From positions 3,808,001 through 3,872,000 of the forward strand of contig OY760175.1 of the NCBI GenBank assembly GCA_963663165.1: 64,000 nucleotides of DNA, given 5' to 3'. Below the pieces are notes generated by a model, which was not told the origin of the DNA, did not search any database, and worked only from the letters and a program-made list of their open reading frames with translations. The position numbers and the translations under genes are program-made. Of this stretch, positions 39,366 to 48,371 are shown in pieces (position 1 is the first letter of the stretch; each line of letters opens with the position of its first letter). This stretch comes from an uncultured Desulfospira sp. Lineage in GTDB: Bacteria > Desulfobacterota > Desulfobacteria > Desulfobacterales > Desulfobacteraceae.

Positions 39366-40358
39366 ATGAAACTCAACAAAACCGACTTTCTGTTGATCAA
39401 GGCACTTCAAAAAAACGGCAGCGCCAGCTATTCGGATCTTGCCGGGGAACTGGGCATTACCGCCAAAACCGTTGCCAAAAAAACCGACCGGCTGCTGAAG
39501 AACAAAGTGATCTCCATCATTGCGCGACCCAACCCATACAGGCTCGGGCTTTTGGAAAGCGCCTTCATTGCCCTGAAAACCAACTTGTTAAAAAACGGGG
39601 AAATCTGCCGCTATCTGTCGGATAACTTTAATGTCAACCTGGTCCAGACCGTGTTCGGCAGCTATGACATCATAGCCGTTGTCTATTTTCAAGACCTGCA
39701 GCAGCTTCACAAGTTCATTGATGAAGAACTGTATACCCTGGACGGGGTCATCAAGGTGAAGACCTATTTCATTAAAGACACCTATAAACGGTACGATCGT
39801 TTTTTTGAAAAAGAATCCTTTTCCCAGGAGCCCGTTAAGATGAAAGAGACGGACTGGGAGCTTGTCAAAACCCTGTCCTGTGACGCCCGGGCCAACCCGG
39901 CCCATTTGGCGGAGGCTTTCGGGATTCACTTATCCACGGTCTACCGGCGCATTGAAACCCTGCAGAAAACCGGGGCCATCAGTATCAGTGCCGTGCCCAA
40001 CCCGTCGCGCCTGACCCCCCATTCATCCAATGCCTTTGTTATTTTAGAAACCCCTCCCCAGGAGGTGACGCTGCTCTTTAAAAAGCTGCGGGATTGCCCT
40101 GAAGTCCATTTTCTGATGACCACCAACACCCACTCCGGCCTGATCGCCTGCATCCACTCAAGGGACAATGCCTCGCTGTTTCAATTCATCCAGCAGTATA
40201 TCTCATCTCCCAACGGGCTTCTCAATGCGGATGTCTTTATCCGGGCCATGGTCCATAAAACTTATTACAACTGGTTTAAGGATGATGCTGTCCCGGTGGA
40301 CGGTGAAAAAACTGTGGAACTGGTAGATTCGGGCCTTGAATTGTCAAAAGGGCTTTAA
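39366..40358 (+). CDS. Tandem Lrp/AsnC regulator (paralog of 6586..7503)
   Basis: Shared 'PNPY.LGL', 'FID.ELYT..GV', 'KRYDRFF.KE'. Confidence 0.88.
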   Translation: MKLNKTDFLLIKALQKNGSASYSDLAGELGITAKTVAKKTDRLLKNKVISIIARPNPYRLGLLESAFIALKTNLLKNGEICRYLSDNFNVNLVQTVFGSYDIIAVVYFQDLQQLHKFIDEELYTLDGVIKVKTYFIKDTYKRYDRFFEKESFSQEPVKMKETDWELVKTLSCDARANPAHLAEAFGIHLSTVYRRIETLQKTGAISISAVPNPSRLTPHSSNAFVILETPPQEVTLLFKKLRDCPEVHFLMTTNTHSGLIACIHSRDNASLFQFIQQYISSPNGLLNADVFIRAMVHKTYYNWFKDDAVPVDGEKTVELVDSGLELSKGL

Positions 40359-40632
40359 CTGCCTGAACTATCAGTTAAAAAATAATGGCAATATCTTGTC
40401 TTTGAATTGGCGGTTTTTTTTAAAAATAGAGAAAAAAAAGAAAATTTAGAATTTTCTCTTTACTTTTTGTTCAATTTATCTTATTCGCTGTAATCAATGG
40501 CCTCGCTCATGTTGCCCTGCTTATCTTGACTACTTTATGTTAACTGGCCTTGCTTTGCTGATGTTGTCGTGTGTCGTGGATTTGGTTTTGCCGGATCCTT
40601 ATCGAAATAATTTTTTCAACGGGGAGAAATGA

Positions 40633-43275
40633 ATGGCAGCAAAAAAAATTGACGAATCAAAAATGAAAGTCGACAAAACGGTTTACAAAGCCTTAGGGCT
40701 TAGTGGCGGGATCTTCGGTGCCTCGCCTTGTGCCGTGGACGTGAAAGACGGGAAAGTTATTCGTATCAGACCGATGCATTGGGCTGAAAAATACGATTAT
40801 AACAGCTTTAATCCCTGGAAGATCGAGCGGAACGGAAAGCTGTTTGAACCCCTTCACAAATCCGTACCTTCACCGTGGAGTCTGGCTTACAAAAAGCGGA
40901 CCTATTCGCCAAACCGGGTCAAGTACCCCTTAAAACGCGTTGACTGGGACCCTAAGGGGGATCGGAACACCCAAAACCGCGGCAAAAGTAAATTCGTACG
41001 GATCTCCTGGGACGAAGCCACTGATCTTATTGCAGATGAAATCAAACGGGTTCACAAAGAGTACGGCCCATTGAGCATCCTGGTCCAAGGCGACGGACAC
41101 GGTGAATGTAAGATGCTTCACGCGCCTCATGGTTGCTCCACCCTGCTGTTCGACAAGATGGGCGGTTTTACTCAGCAAGTGCGAAATCCTGACTCCTGGG
41201 AAGGCTGGTACTGGGGTGCCAAGCACGTCTGGGGAAAAGGCTTCATCGGCATGATGGCCCCGGCTGAAAACGTGGTAAAAGATATCTGCGAAAACAGCGA
41301 CATGGTTGTCGTCTGGGGCGGTGACCCGGAAACCACCCACTGGGGCTTCCGCGGCCAGCTGGCCAGCCGTCTGCTCTATTACTGGACGGAAATCGGTATC
41401 AAACAGGTCTATATCTGTCCGGACCTGAACTACTCCGCCTGTATCCACGCCGACAAGTGGATCCCGGTCCTGCCCAACACAGATGCGGCCCTTCAGCTGG
41501 CCATCATCTACCTGTGGGTGACCGAAGACACCTATGACAAAGAATATGTCAAAACCCACTGCATCGGCATGGACAAAATCGAAGACTATGTCCTGGGTAA
41601 AGTAGACGGCGTCGTCAAAACACCGAAGTGGGCATCAGAAAAATGCGGCGTTCCGCCATGGACCATCAAAGCCCTGGCCCGCGACTGGGCCAAGAAGATT
41701 GTCACCATCGGCCATTACTTTGCCGGCGGTATGGCCAGAGGGCCCTTCTCTCACGAACCGGCCCGCCTTGAATGTATCTTGCTGGGCATGCAGGGCCTGG
41801 GTAAACCCGGCGTTCATCAGGCCCAGATCGCTTACACGGGCATGCCTAAAAATGTCACTGCCGGCGGCGCCGACCATATGGGCACCTTTGGCAACCTTGA
41901 AGGCACACCGGCAGGCGAACGTATCCTGAAACCCCACCGGGGCACACCCACCGCCTGGGGCAAACAGATGATTCCCAAAACCCTTATCGAAAAGGCCATC
42001 AAAGAGGGCACCGTGGAATTCTGGGGCACTGGCGGCCATGAAGAAGATTCCACGAACCAATACGTAAAATATACCTATCCCATCCCCAAGGAAGAAGGCG
42101 GGACAGAAGTCCACTTTTTCTGGACAGACACCCCCTGCCGCCAGACCTGCTGGGGCCATGGCAATGATATCGCCGATACGGTCCGTGATCCCAAGATTGA
42201 AACCGTTGTCGCCCAGCATCCCTGGCTGGAAAACGACTGCCTGTTCGCCGATATCATTCTGCCCACCAACACCACCCTTGAGGTGGATGACATTTCTCCT
42301 TGTCTTCGTGACGGCGACAGCTTCCAGAGCGTTATCAACATGCGCAAGGCCGTTGAGCCTGTGGGCGAATCAAAGTCTGACTTTGAAGCCATTGTTGAAG
42401 TGGCCAAAAAGCTGGGTATGGAAGAAGCGGTTACCGAAGGTTTCACCATTGACGACCTGATCCGGGAAACTTATCTGGGCATGAAGTTTGACAAAGTCAT
42501 TCCTTTTGAAGAGTTCCTGGAAAAAGACTATGTGATTCTGCCGGTTGCCAAAAACTGGGAAGAGCATCCTGCAGGTCTTTACAAGTTCTACGAAGATCCG
42601 GAAGCCAACCCGCTTCCCACACCAACCGGAAAGCTTGAGTTCTACTCAAAAAGCCTTGAGGAAGCCTTCCCCTGTGACGAAGAACGTCCTCCCTTCCCCA
42701 AATGGCTGGAGAAAACCATCACCCATGATGAAAGAACCTCCAGTTACCGCGCCAAGAAATACCCGCTGCTCGTACTGTCCAACCACGGCCGGTGGAGAGT
42801 TCATGCCCAGGCCGATGATATCCCCTGGAGCAAGGAAGCCATGACCGGTAAGGTCAGAGGGTTTGACGGCTATCTGTATGAACCCTGCTGGATCAATACC
42901 CAGGACGCTGAAGCCCGCGGCATCAAGTTTGGTGATATTGTCCGGGTCTACAACGAACGCGGCAGCGTTCTGTGCGGTGCCCTGGCTTACGAACGGGTCA
43001 TGCCCGGAGCCGTCTCCATCGATCACGGTGCCCGGGTGGATTTCATTATCCCCGGAGAACTGGATCGCGGTGGCGCCATCAACCTGATCACCCCGGGCGG
43101 TTTAACATCAAAACATGCAGCCGGTCAGGCCACCACTGCCTTCCTGGTAGAGGTTGAAAGGGTCAGCATGCAGCAAATGGATGAATGGCGGCAGAAATAT
43201 CCGGAAGCCTTTGAAAGACAGTATGATTATGCGTCAGGCCTGCACTTTAACGGATGGATCGAGGAGGAAAAATAG
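40633..43275 (+). CDS. Transhydroxylase-family Mo-bisMGD alpha subunit, DGHGE subtype 1
   Basis: 'QGDGHGECK', 'NPDSWEGWYWG', 'NHGRWRVHAQ', 'DRGGAIN'; no N-terminal Fe-S or Tat motif. Confidence 0.88.
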   Translation: MAAKKIDESKMKVDKTVYKALGLSGGIFGASPCAVDVKDGKVIRIRPMHWAEKYDYNSFNPWKIERNGKLFEPLHKSVPSPWSLAYKKRTYSPNRVKYPLKRVDWDPKGDRNTQNRGKSKFVRISWDEATDLIADEIKRVHKEYGPLSILVQGDGHGECKMLHAPHGCSTLLFDKMGGFTQQVRNPDSWEGWYWGAKHVWGKGFIGMMAPAENVVKDICENSDMVVVWGGDPETTHWGFRGQLASRLLYYWTEIGIKQVYICPDLNYSACIHADKWIPVLPNTDAALQLAIIYLWVTEDTYDKEYVKTHCIGMDKIEDYVLGKVDGVVKTPKWASEKCGVPPWTIKALARDWAKKIVTIGHYFAGGMARGPFSHEPARLECILLGMQGLGKPGVHQAQIAYTGMPKNVTAGGADHMGTFGNLEGTPAGERILKPHRGTPTAWGKQMIPKTLIEKAIKEGTVEFWGTGGHEEDSTNQYVKYTYPIPKEEGGTEVHFFWTDTPCRQTCWGHGNDIADTVRDPKIETVVAQHPWLENDCLFADIILPTNTTLEVDDISPCLRDGDSFQSVINMRKAVEPVGESKSDFEAIVEVAKKLGMEEAVTEGFTIDDLIRETYLGMKFDKVIPFEEFLEKDYVILPVAKNWEEHPAGLYKFYEDPEANPLPTPTGKLEFYSKSLEEAFPCDEERPPFPKWLEKTITHDERTSSYRAKKYPLLVLSNHGRWRVHAQADDIPWSKEAMTGKVRGFDGYLYEPCWINTQDAEARGIKFGDIVRVYNERGSVLCGALAYERVMPGAVSIDHGARVDFIIPGELDRGGAINLITPGGLTSKHAAGQATTAFLVEVERVSMQQMDEWRQKYPEAFERQYDYASGLHFNGWIEEEK

Positions 43276-43277
43276 AT

Positions 43278-44099
43278 ATGGGAAAAAAAGTATTTGTAAT
43301 TGATTTGTCTATCTGTAACGGATGTTATACCTGCCAGTTTGCCTGCAAAGACGAACATTGCGGCAATGACTGGTCGCCAATTGCCAAATCCCAGCCCGAA
43401 ATCGGGCAGTTCTGGGTAAAGCTGACCGAAGAGGTTCGCGGTACGGTTCCCAAGGTCAAGGTAGCATACCGTCCCCATATGTGCATGCATTGCGACAATG
43501 CCGCCTGCATGGCTTCCTGCCCCACTGAAGGTGCCATCTACAAACGCGACGACGGGCTGGTCATCATTGATGCTGAAGCCTGCACCGGATGCCGGAACTG
43601 CATGGACGCATGCCCTTATGACGCTATCTATTTCAATGAAGACCTCAACCTGGCACAGAAATGCACCGGTTGCGCCCACCTGCTGGACAGCGGATGGGAA
43701 GAACCCAGATGCGTGGATGCATGCCCGACCCTGGCCCTCAAGTTTGTGGATGAAGACGAAGCAAAAGATATAATTGCCGCGTCTGAAGTCTGGAAACCCG
43801 AGTTAAAAGACACGGCCAAACCCCGGGTCTACTATCAGAATGTGCCGGGACAGTTTATTGCCGGCACCCTGTATGACCCTGCCGAGGAAGAAGTGATCAT
43901 CGGTGCTGTCGCCAACTTGACCGGCAGCGACGGAAAGGCGTTGACCGCAGAAACCGACGCCTATGGCGATTTCTGGTTTGAAGGGCTTGACAAAGGGGTT
44001 TTTGACCTTGAGCTGAAAAGTAATGGAAAGGTCAAAAGCTTTACCGGGCTCGACATAACTCAAAAAGACTTGAACCTCGGGGATATTCCCTTAGTATAA
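43278..44099 (+). CDS. BthL-like Fe-S beta subunit (4x[4Fe-4S])
   Basis: 'ACKDEH..NDW', 'CTGCRNC...CPY', 'TDAYGDFWF'. Confidence 0.88.
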   Translation: MGKKVFVIDLSICNGCYTCQFACKDEHCGNDWSPIAKSQPEIGQFWVKLTEEVRGTVPKVKVAYRPHMCMHCDNAACMASCPTEGAIYKRDDGLVIIDAEACTGCRNCMDACPYDAIYFNEDLNLAQKCTGCAHLLDSGWEEPRCVDACPTLALKFVDEDEAKDIIAASEVWKPELKDTAKPRVYYQNVPGQFIAGTLYDPAEEEVIIGAVANLTGSDGKALTAETDAYGDFWFEGLDKGVFDLELKSNGKVKSFTGLDITQKDLNLGDIPLV

Positions 44100-44107
44100 C
44101 GGCCGCG

Positions 44108-44152
44108 GCCGGCCTGGATGGAGAAACCAACACTTCCCCTTCCAGGCTGGCC
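44108..44152 (+). terminator. Hairpin after the beta subunit
   Basis: ggccggcctgga...tccaggctggcc. Confidence 0.45.
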
Positions 44153-44389
44153 TGCTGGTAAAGCCATTGCGCAACACCGGATGGCTGACGGCTAAAAACC
44201 ATAGTTTATTGCAAATGAATTAATCCATAGCTGGACTTCTTAATTTTGGCTCTTGCTCAAGACCATAAATTCAGGTAAGAGCAAGATGACGCGCAGGAGA
44301 AACAGATCTAGTCATTTGCGGCAGACTATAGCAGCTTTTACATAAACTGTTCTGTGCTGGGAGCAACGGCCCCTGACATAGGAGAATTG

Positions 44390-45415
44390 ATGATGCTGAC
44401 AAGGGAAACCCCTAACGCCTTCTTCCTGAAACCAGGTTCAGTAAGCCAGTCCATCGGCGTCACCACAGGGGGATATCGAAATATCCGGGAACTTTTACAC
44501 CATTCCTGCCCCGGGCTGATGGCCTCGGCAAGAAAGGTGATTGAAGACTCGGAATTTACCTATTGCAACAATGCCAGAAAAGAGAGCTTTTTATGGCAGC
44601 ATACGGTATACGTTGCCTCCATGGCCATGACCCTCTCATATAAAGAAGGCATTGATCCGCTGTTTCCGGTTCTAATATCCCTGTTCCATGACAGTGGAAA
44701 ATTTGATAAGGGTAAATTTCATTCAGGCAACACACCGGAAGAAGAAAAAGGCGCCGCTATTGCGATAGACCTGATGAAGGCGGCAGGCTTTTCCCGGGAA
44801 GCATGCGGGCAGGTCAGGAGCAGCCTTTTGGCGCTGCACAATGATAATGTAAAAGGAGATATCAACACCCGTATCGTTAATGACGCTGATTTTCTAGTCA
44901 AATTCGGGCATATGGGATTTGCCAATTTTTTTGAAAAATCCGTACTCAGGGGCATGGTGATCCGCAGCAGTATCCTTAAAACCCTAAGCAAGGAACTGAC
45001 TTATGCGGCAAGCCTTGCCACCCATATGCATACCCGGTCCGGAAAGGCCATGGCCCGAAAAAAAGCGGCCGTGTCCATTTCCCTGTTCCGCAATTACCTT
45101 GAGGAGTTAAGGATTGCCGGGATTGCCGATTATGAGATCCGGAAAACCAGGGTTTCCTGGTGTAAGGATATCCGGATTTTTCTGGTTTTGCCCAGGGTTT
45201 GCGAGCATTGCTTTGGCAGGCTTTCGGCAAGCTTTGGCCGGGAAAAGGGGATCAAGCGTGAACGGTTGGTGGTTCATATCGACTGCCCTGTGTGCAAGGG
45301 GAACAACCGGTATGGGTTTTCCTTTTGTTTGCCCCGGATAGATTCTCACCGGACCATCACCAGCGGATCTGATTTTGAAACCACCGGCTTTTGTCCACAA
45401 CTGCAAGGAGGATGA
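44390..45415 (+). CDS. HD-domain hydrolase with C-terminal Cys4 zinc ribbon
   Basis: 'HT..V', 'LFHDSGK', 'DAD'; CEHC...CPVC. Confidence 0.75.
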   Translation: MMLTRETPNAFFLKPGSVSQSIGVTTGGYRNIRELLHHSCPGLMASARKVIEDSEFTYCNNARKESFLWQHTVYVASMAMTLSYKEGIDPLFPVLISLFHDSGKFDKGKFHSGNTPEEEKGAAIAIDLMKAAGFSREACGQVRSSLLALHNDNVKGDINTRIVNDADFLVKFGHMGFANFFEKSVLRGMVIRSSILKTLSKELTYAASLATHMHTRSGKAMARKKAAVSISLFRNYLEELRIAGIADYEIRKTRVSWCKDIRIFLVLPRVCEHCFGRLSASFGREKGIKRERLVVHIDCPVCKGNNRYGFSFCLPRIDSHRTITSGSDFETTGFCPQLQGG

Positions 45416-45557
45416 CCGCTAAAAGCTACCGGCTAAATGCCAATAGCGAATAGCTTGCAAAATAAACATTTAGCAATGAAAGGAGGTGAACTTCCCGGCA
45501 GTACCGTTTCAAGATGGCGAAAATTGGGTAACACTAAACTAAAGAAAGGAGAAGTAA

Positions 45558-46571
45558 ATGCAAAAGAATCGTTTGATGGTTAGATTATTGTTCGCAGCTC
45601 TTTTCATTATGGCCGGAGTGTTTTCTACTACATTCCTTTCACCTGCAACCTCTCAAGCCGCCGATGTCATAGAGCTCAAAGCGGTAACCTCTTTTCCCAA
45701 AAGTGCAGTTGACAACCTGGCACTGCCCGACCTGATTAAACTGGTTGAAAAAAAGACCAATGGGCAGATCAAAATCAAATATGTGGGTGGCCCTGAAGTT
45801 GTTAAGACCTTTGACCAGGCCGAAGCACTCCGTCGCGGCAACATTGACATGATTTTGTTTACCCCGCTGGGGTATTTAAAGTCCCTTGCGCCTGAACTCC
45901 AGGCCAAAGGCCTTTCAAAACTGACCGCCTGGGAAGAGCGTAAAAAAGGGGTTAATGAGATCTGGGATAAAATCCTTCAGGAAAAAGTCGGTGCCAAATA
46001 CCTGGGGAACATCCACTCTGTGGTCGATTTCAGTATTTATACCAATAAAAAGGTATCCGGACTTGCCGATTTTAAAGGCCTGAAAATCCGGGCCATGCCG
46101 CTGTATACTGCCTTCCTCCAGAAATTGGGGGCCAAACCCATCATTATCCCGCCCACCGATATCTATACCGCCATGCAGCGCGGCGTTGTGGACGGATTTA
46201 TCTTCTCAACCGACTTCGAGGTTCCCAACTGGGGATGGCACGAAGTCAGCAAGTACAAAATCGTTCCAGGCTTTTTCCAGCTTGAAAACGGTACGTTGAT
46301 CAACTTGAAAAAATTCAACTCGCTTCCCAAAGACTGTCAGGAAGCCCTTGAAACTTGTGTAGAAATTTTTGAAGGCATTGATACCGTCCGGATCATCCAG
46401 ACCAAGGACAAGGCCTGGGAGATCATGAAGGCCGCTGGTGTTCAGGAGATCGTACTGCCTGATGAAGACGCCAAGAAACTGGTAGAAATTGCCGAATCAG
46501 CGACCTGGGAAGCAGTTCTCAAGGATGCGCCTGAAATGGCAGAAGTAAAAGAGCTGATTACCACGAAATAA
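45558..46571 (+). CDS. dctP: Orphan TRAP substrate-binding protein
   Basis: Close paralog of 34228..35250 ('APELQAKGLS.L.AWEER', 'DFE.P.WGWHEV'). Confidence 0.9.
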   Translation: MQKNRLMVRLLFAALFIMAGVFSTTFLSPATSQAADVIELKAVTSFPKSAVDNLALPDLIKLVEKKTNGQIKIKYVGGPEVVKTFDQAEALRRGNIDMILFTPLGYLKSLAPELQAKGLSKLTAWEERKKGVNEIWDKILQEKVGAKYLGNIHSVVDFSIYTNKKVSGLADFKGLKIRAMPLYTAFLQKLGAKPIIIPPTDIYTAMQRGVVDGFIFSTDFEVPNWGWHEVSKYKIVPGFFQLENGTLINLKKFNSLPKDCQEALETCVEIFEGIDTVRIIQTKDKAWEIMKAAGVQEIVLPDEDAKKLVEIAESATWEAVLKDAPEMAEVKELITTK

Positions 46572-46676
46572 TTTTCGTGTTGTACAACGCTTTTTTAAGG
46601 CGTTAAATATAACGCCGGCTGATACCTTGCTGTTGACCTCCACTATCTGAACTGAATCTCTTATCAGCACCTTTAT

Positions 46677-46761
46677 ATTAACCCGGCAACTTCTCGTTTA
46701 CGGTTGCTGGTCTCGGTTTTCTATGTCTCTACGGATCTTGTAGTAGAATTGCCGGGTTAAT
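46677..46761. repeat. Long inverted repeat
   Basis: attaacccggcaa...ttgccgggttaat. Confidence 0.55.
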
Positions 46762-46809
46762 AAACGCCTTTGAATCCGGGTTTTACCCGAACCTTAATGA
46801 AAAAGGGAT

Positions 46810-47000
46810 ATGGCCGAGAAAGACCGGACCTATTCCCACCACAGGATAAAATATCCAATGGTTCGTGAGGATTTTGATCCCAATGGAGAAACGAAATACC
46901 GAGAACCGCGGAAAATCAGGCTGCCGCCGGGTTAGCTGGAACGAAGCATTGGATATGGTATCCTCTGAAATCAAGCGGGTCCAGGACACTTATGGTAAGG
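46810..47000 (+). pseudogene. Remnant of an AthL-type alpha subunit
   Basis: 'RTYSHHRIKYPMVREDFDPNGE' frameshift 'RNTENRGKSG.RRVSWNEALD....EIKRVQDTYG'. Confidence 0.75.
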
Positions 47001-47240
47001 GTTTGGCGATTTTGAATTTGAAAACCTGCCCAAGGGAAATGAATATACATTAAAAATAGAACTAGAACTGCCCGGGTATTTGCCCTGGGAGACCATTTTA
47101 ACAACAGATGAGCATTGGGTTGACGGCCGGATTCAATTGACCAGGCAGTAAGCAAACCTTAAGGTTAAAGATACCGGCCCGTCATCGTCCATGTTTTAAA
47201 GACGACTGGAAAAAAATTATTTGACGAAAATTAACATTGA

Positions 47241-47321
47241 TTGTCGTCTTCAGTACAGTCACAGAATTTTATTTCTGAGAAGATCTTAAATCATCACGGT
47301 TAAAGAAGTTCTCGGCAATAA
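47241..47321 (+). promoter_or_regulatory. Duplicated promoter with Crp/Fnr-type site TGTCG-N6-GTACA
   Basis: Three blocks match 53224-53317. Confidence 0.65.
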
Positions 47322-47462
47322 TACCGGGTATGCGCGCTGCCCATGAAACGGGTTGATTGGAACCCAAACGGTGAACGGAACCCCCAAAACAGGGGGAAAA
47401 ACAAATATGAATGAATCAGTTAGGCAAAAGCTGCAAAAATCGCATTAAATGAGATTGACCGC
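47322..47462 (+). pseudogene. Remnant of an alpha subunit related to 53346..55931
   Basis: 'PMKRVDWNPNGERNPQNRGKNKYE*IS*....IALNEIDR' with two stops. Confidence 0.75.
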
Positions 47463-47493
47463 TTTACGCCTGGGTTGTGGGAGGTGACAAATT

Positions 47494-48315
47494 ATGAAAG
47501 TATTTGCTATTGACTTATCCATGTGCAACGGATGCTATTGCTGTCAGATTGCCTGCAAAGACGAACATGTGGGCAATGACTGGGCGCCTTATGCCAAACC
47601 CCAGCCCGATACAGGACAATTTTGGATCGGCTTGGAAGAACAGGTTCGCGGCCAGGTGCCCAAGGTCATGGTGACCTACATTCCCCACCTTTGTCAGCAT
47701 TGCGACGATGCGCCGTGTATCAAGCAGTGCGAAGTGGGTGCCATCCTGAAACGGGACGACGGCATTGTGTTGATTGAACCTGATTTATGCACCGGCTGCC
47801 AGCTGTGCGTCAGCACTTGTCCTTACAATGCCATTTTCTTTAATGAAGATTTGAACATTGCCCAGAAATGCACGGGATGCAGCCATCTGCGGGACAATGA
47901 ACCCGATGAATGGACCGTGCCGCGCTGCGTGGACCAGTGCCCCACCGACGCCCTTCGTTTCGGTGAAGAGGAAGAGTTTGCCGATTTTATCAAAGACGCC
48001 CAACAGTTGAACCCGGATGCCGGCACCAAGGGCCGGGTCTATTACAAAAATCTTCCTAAAAAGTTCATTGGCGGCACCATCTACGATCCCAGCGAAAAAG
48101 AGGTGATCATCGGCGCCGCATGCACGCTAAAGGACAACGATTCCGGCCAAAGCTTTTCCACTGAAACGGACAACTTTGGTGACTTTTGGTTTCGAGGGCT
48201 GGACGATGACCGCAGTTTTACCCTGACCTTTGAAAAGAACGGTAAAACCCATACTATCGACGGCATATCCACGGATAAGGATCTTTCTTTGGGGGATATC
48301 CCTATAACCTTTTAA
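47494..48315 (+). CDS. BthL-like Fe-S beta subunit (4x[4Fe-4S])
   Basis: Same motifs as 43278; 'CTGCQLCVSTCPY'. Confidence 0.88.
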   Translation: MKVFAIDLSMCNGCYCCQIACKDEHVGNDWAPYAKPQPDTGQFWIGLEEQVRGQVPKVMVTYIPHLCQHCDDAPCIKQCEVGAILKRDDGIVLIEPDLCTGCQLCVSTCPYNAIFFNEDLNIAQKCTGCSHLRDNEPDEWTVPRCVDQCPTDALRFGEEEEFADFIKDAQQLNPDAGTKGRVYYKNLPKKFIGGTIYDPSEKEVIIGAACTLKDNDSGQSFSTETDNFGDFWFRGLDDDRSFTLTFEKNGKTHTIDGISTDKDLSLGDIPITF

Positions 48316-48371
48316 TTTAATATAAGAAATTCTTATTCGATCAATTACAATGCTGGAGGCAAATATACGTT

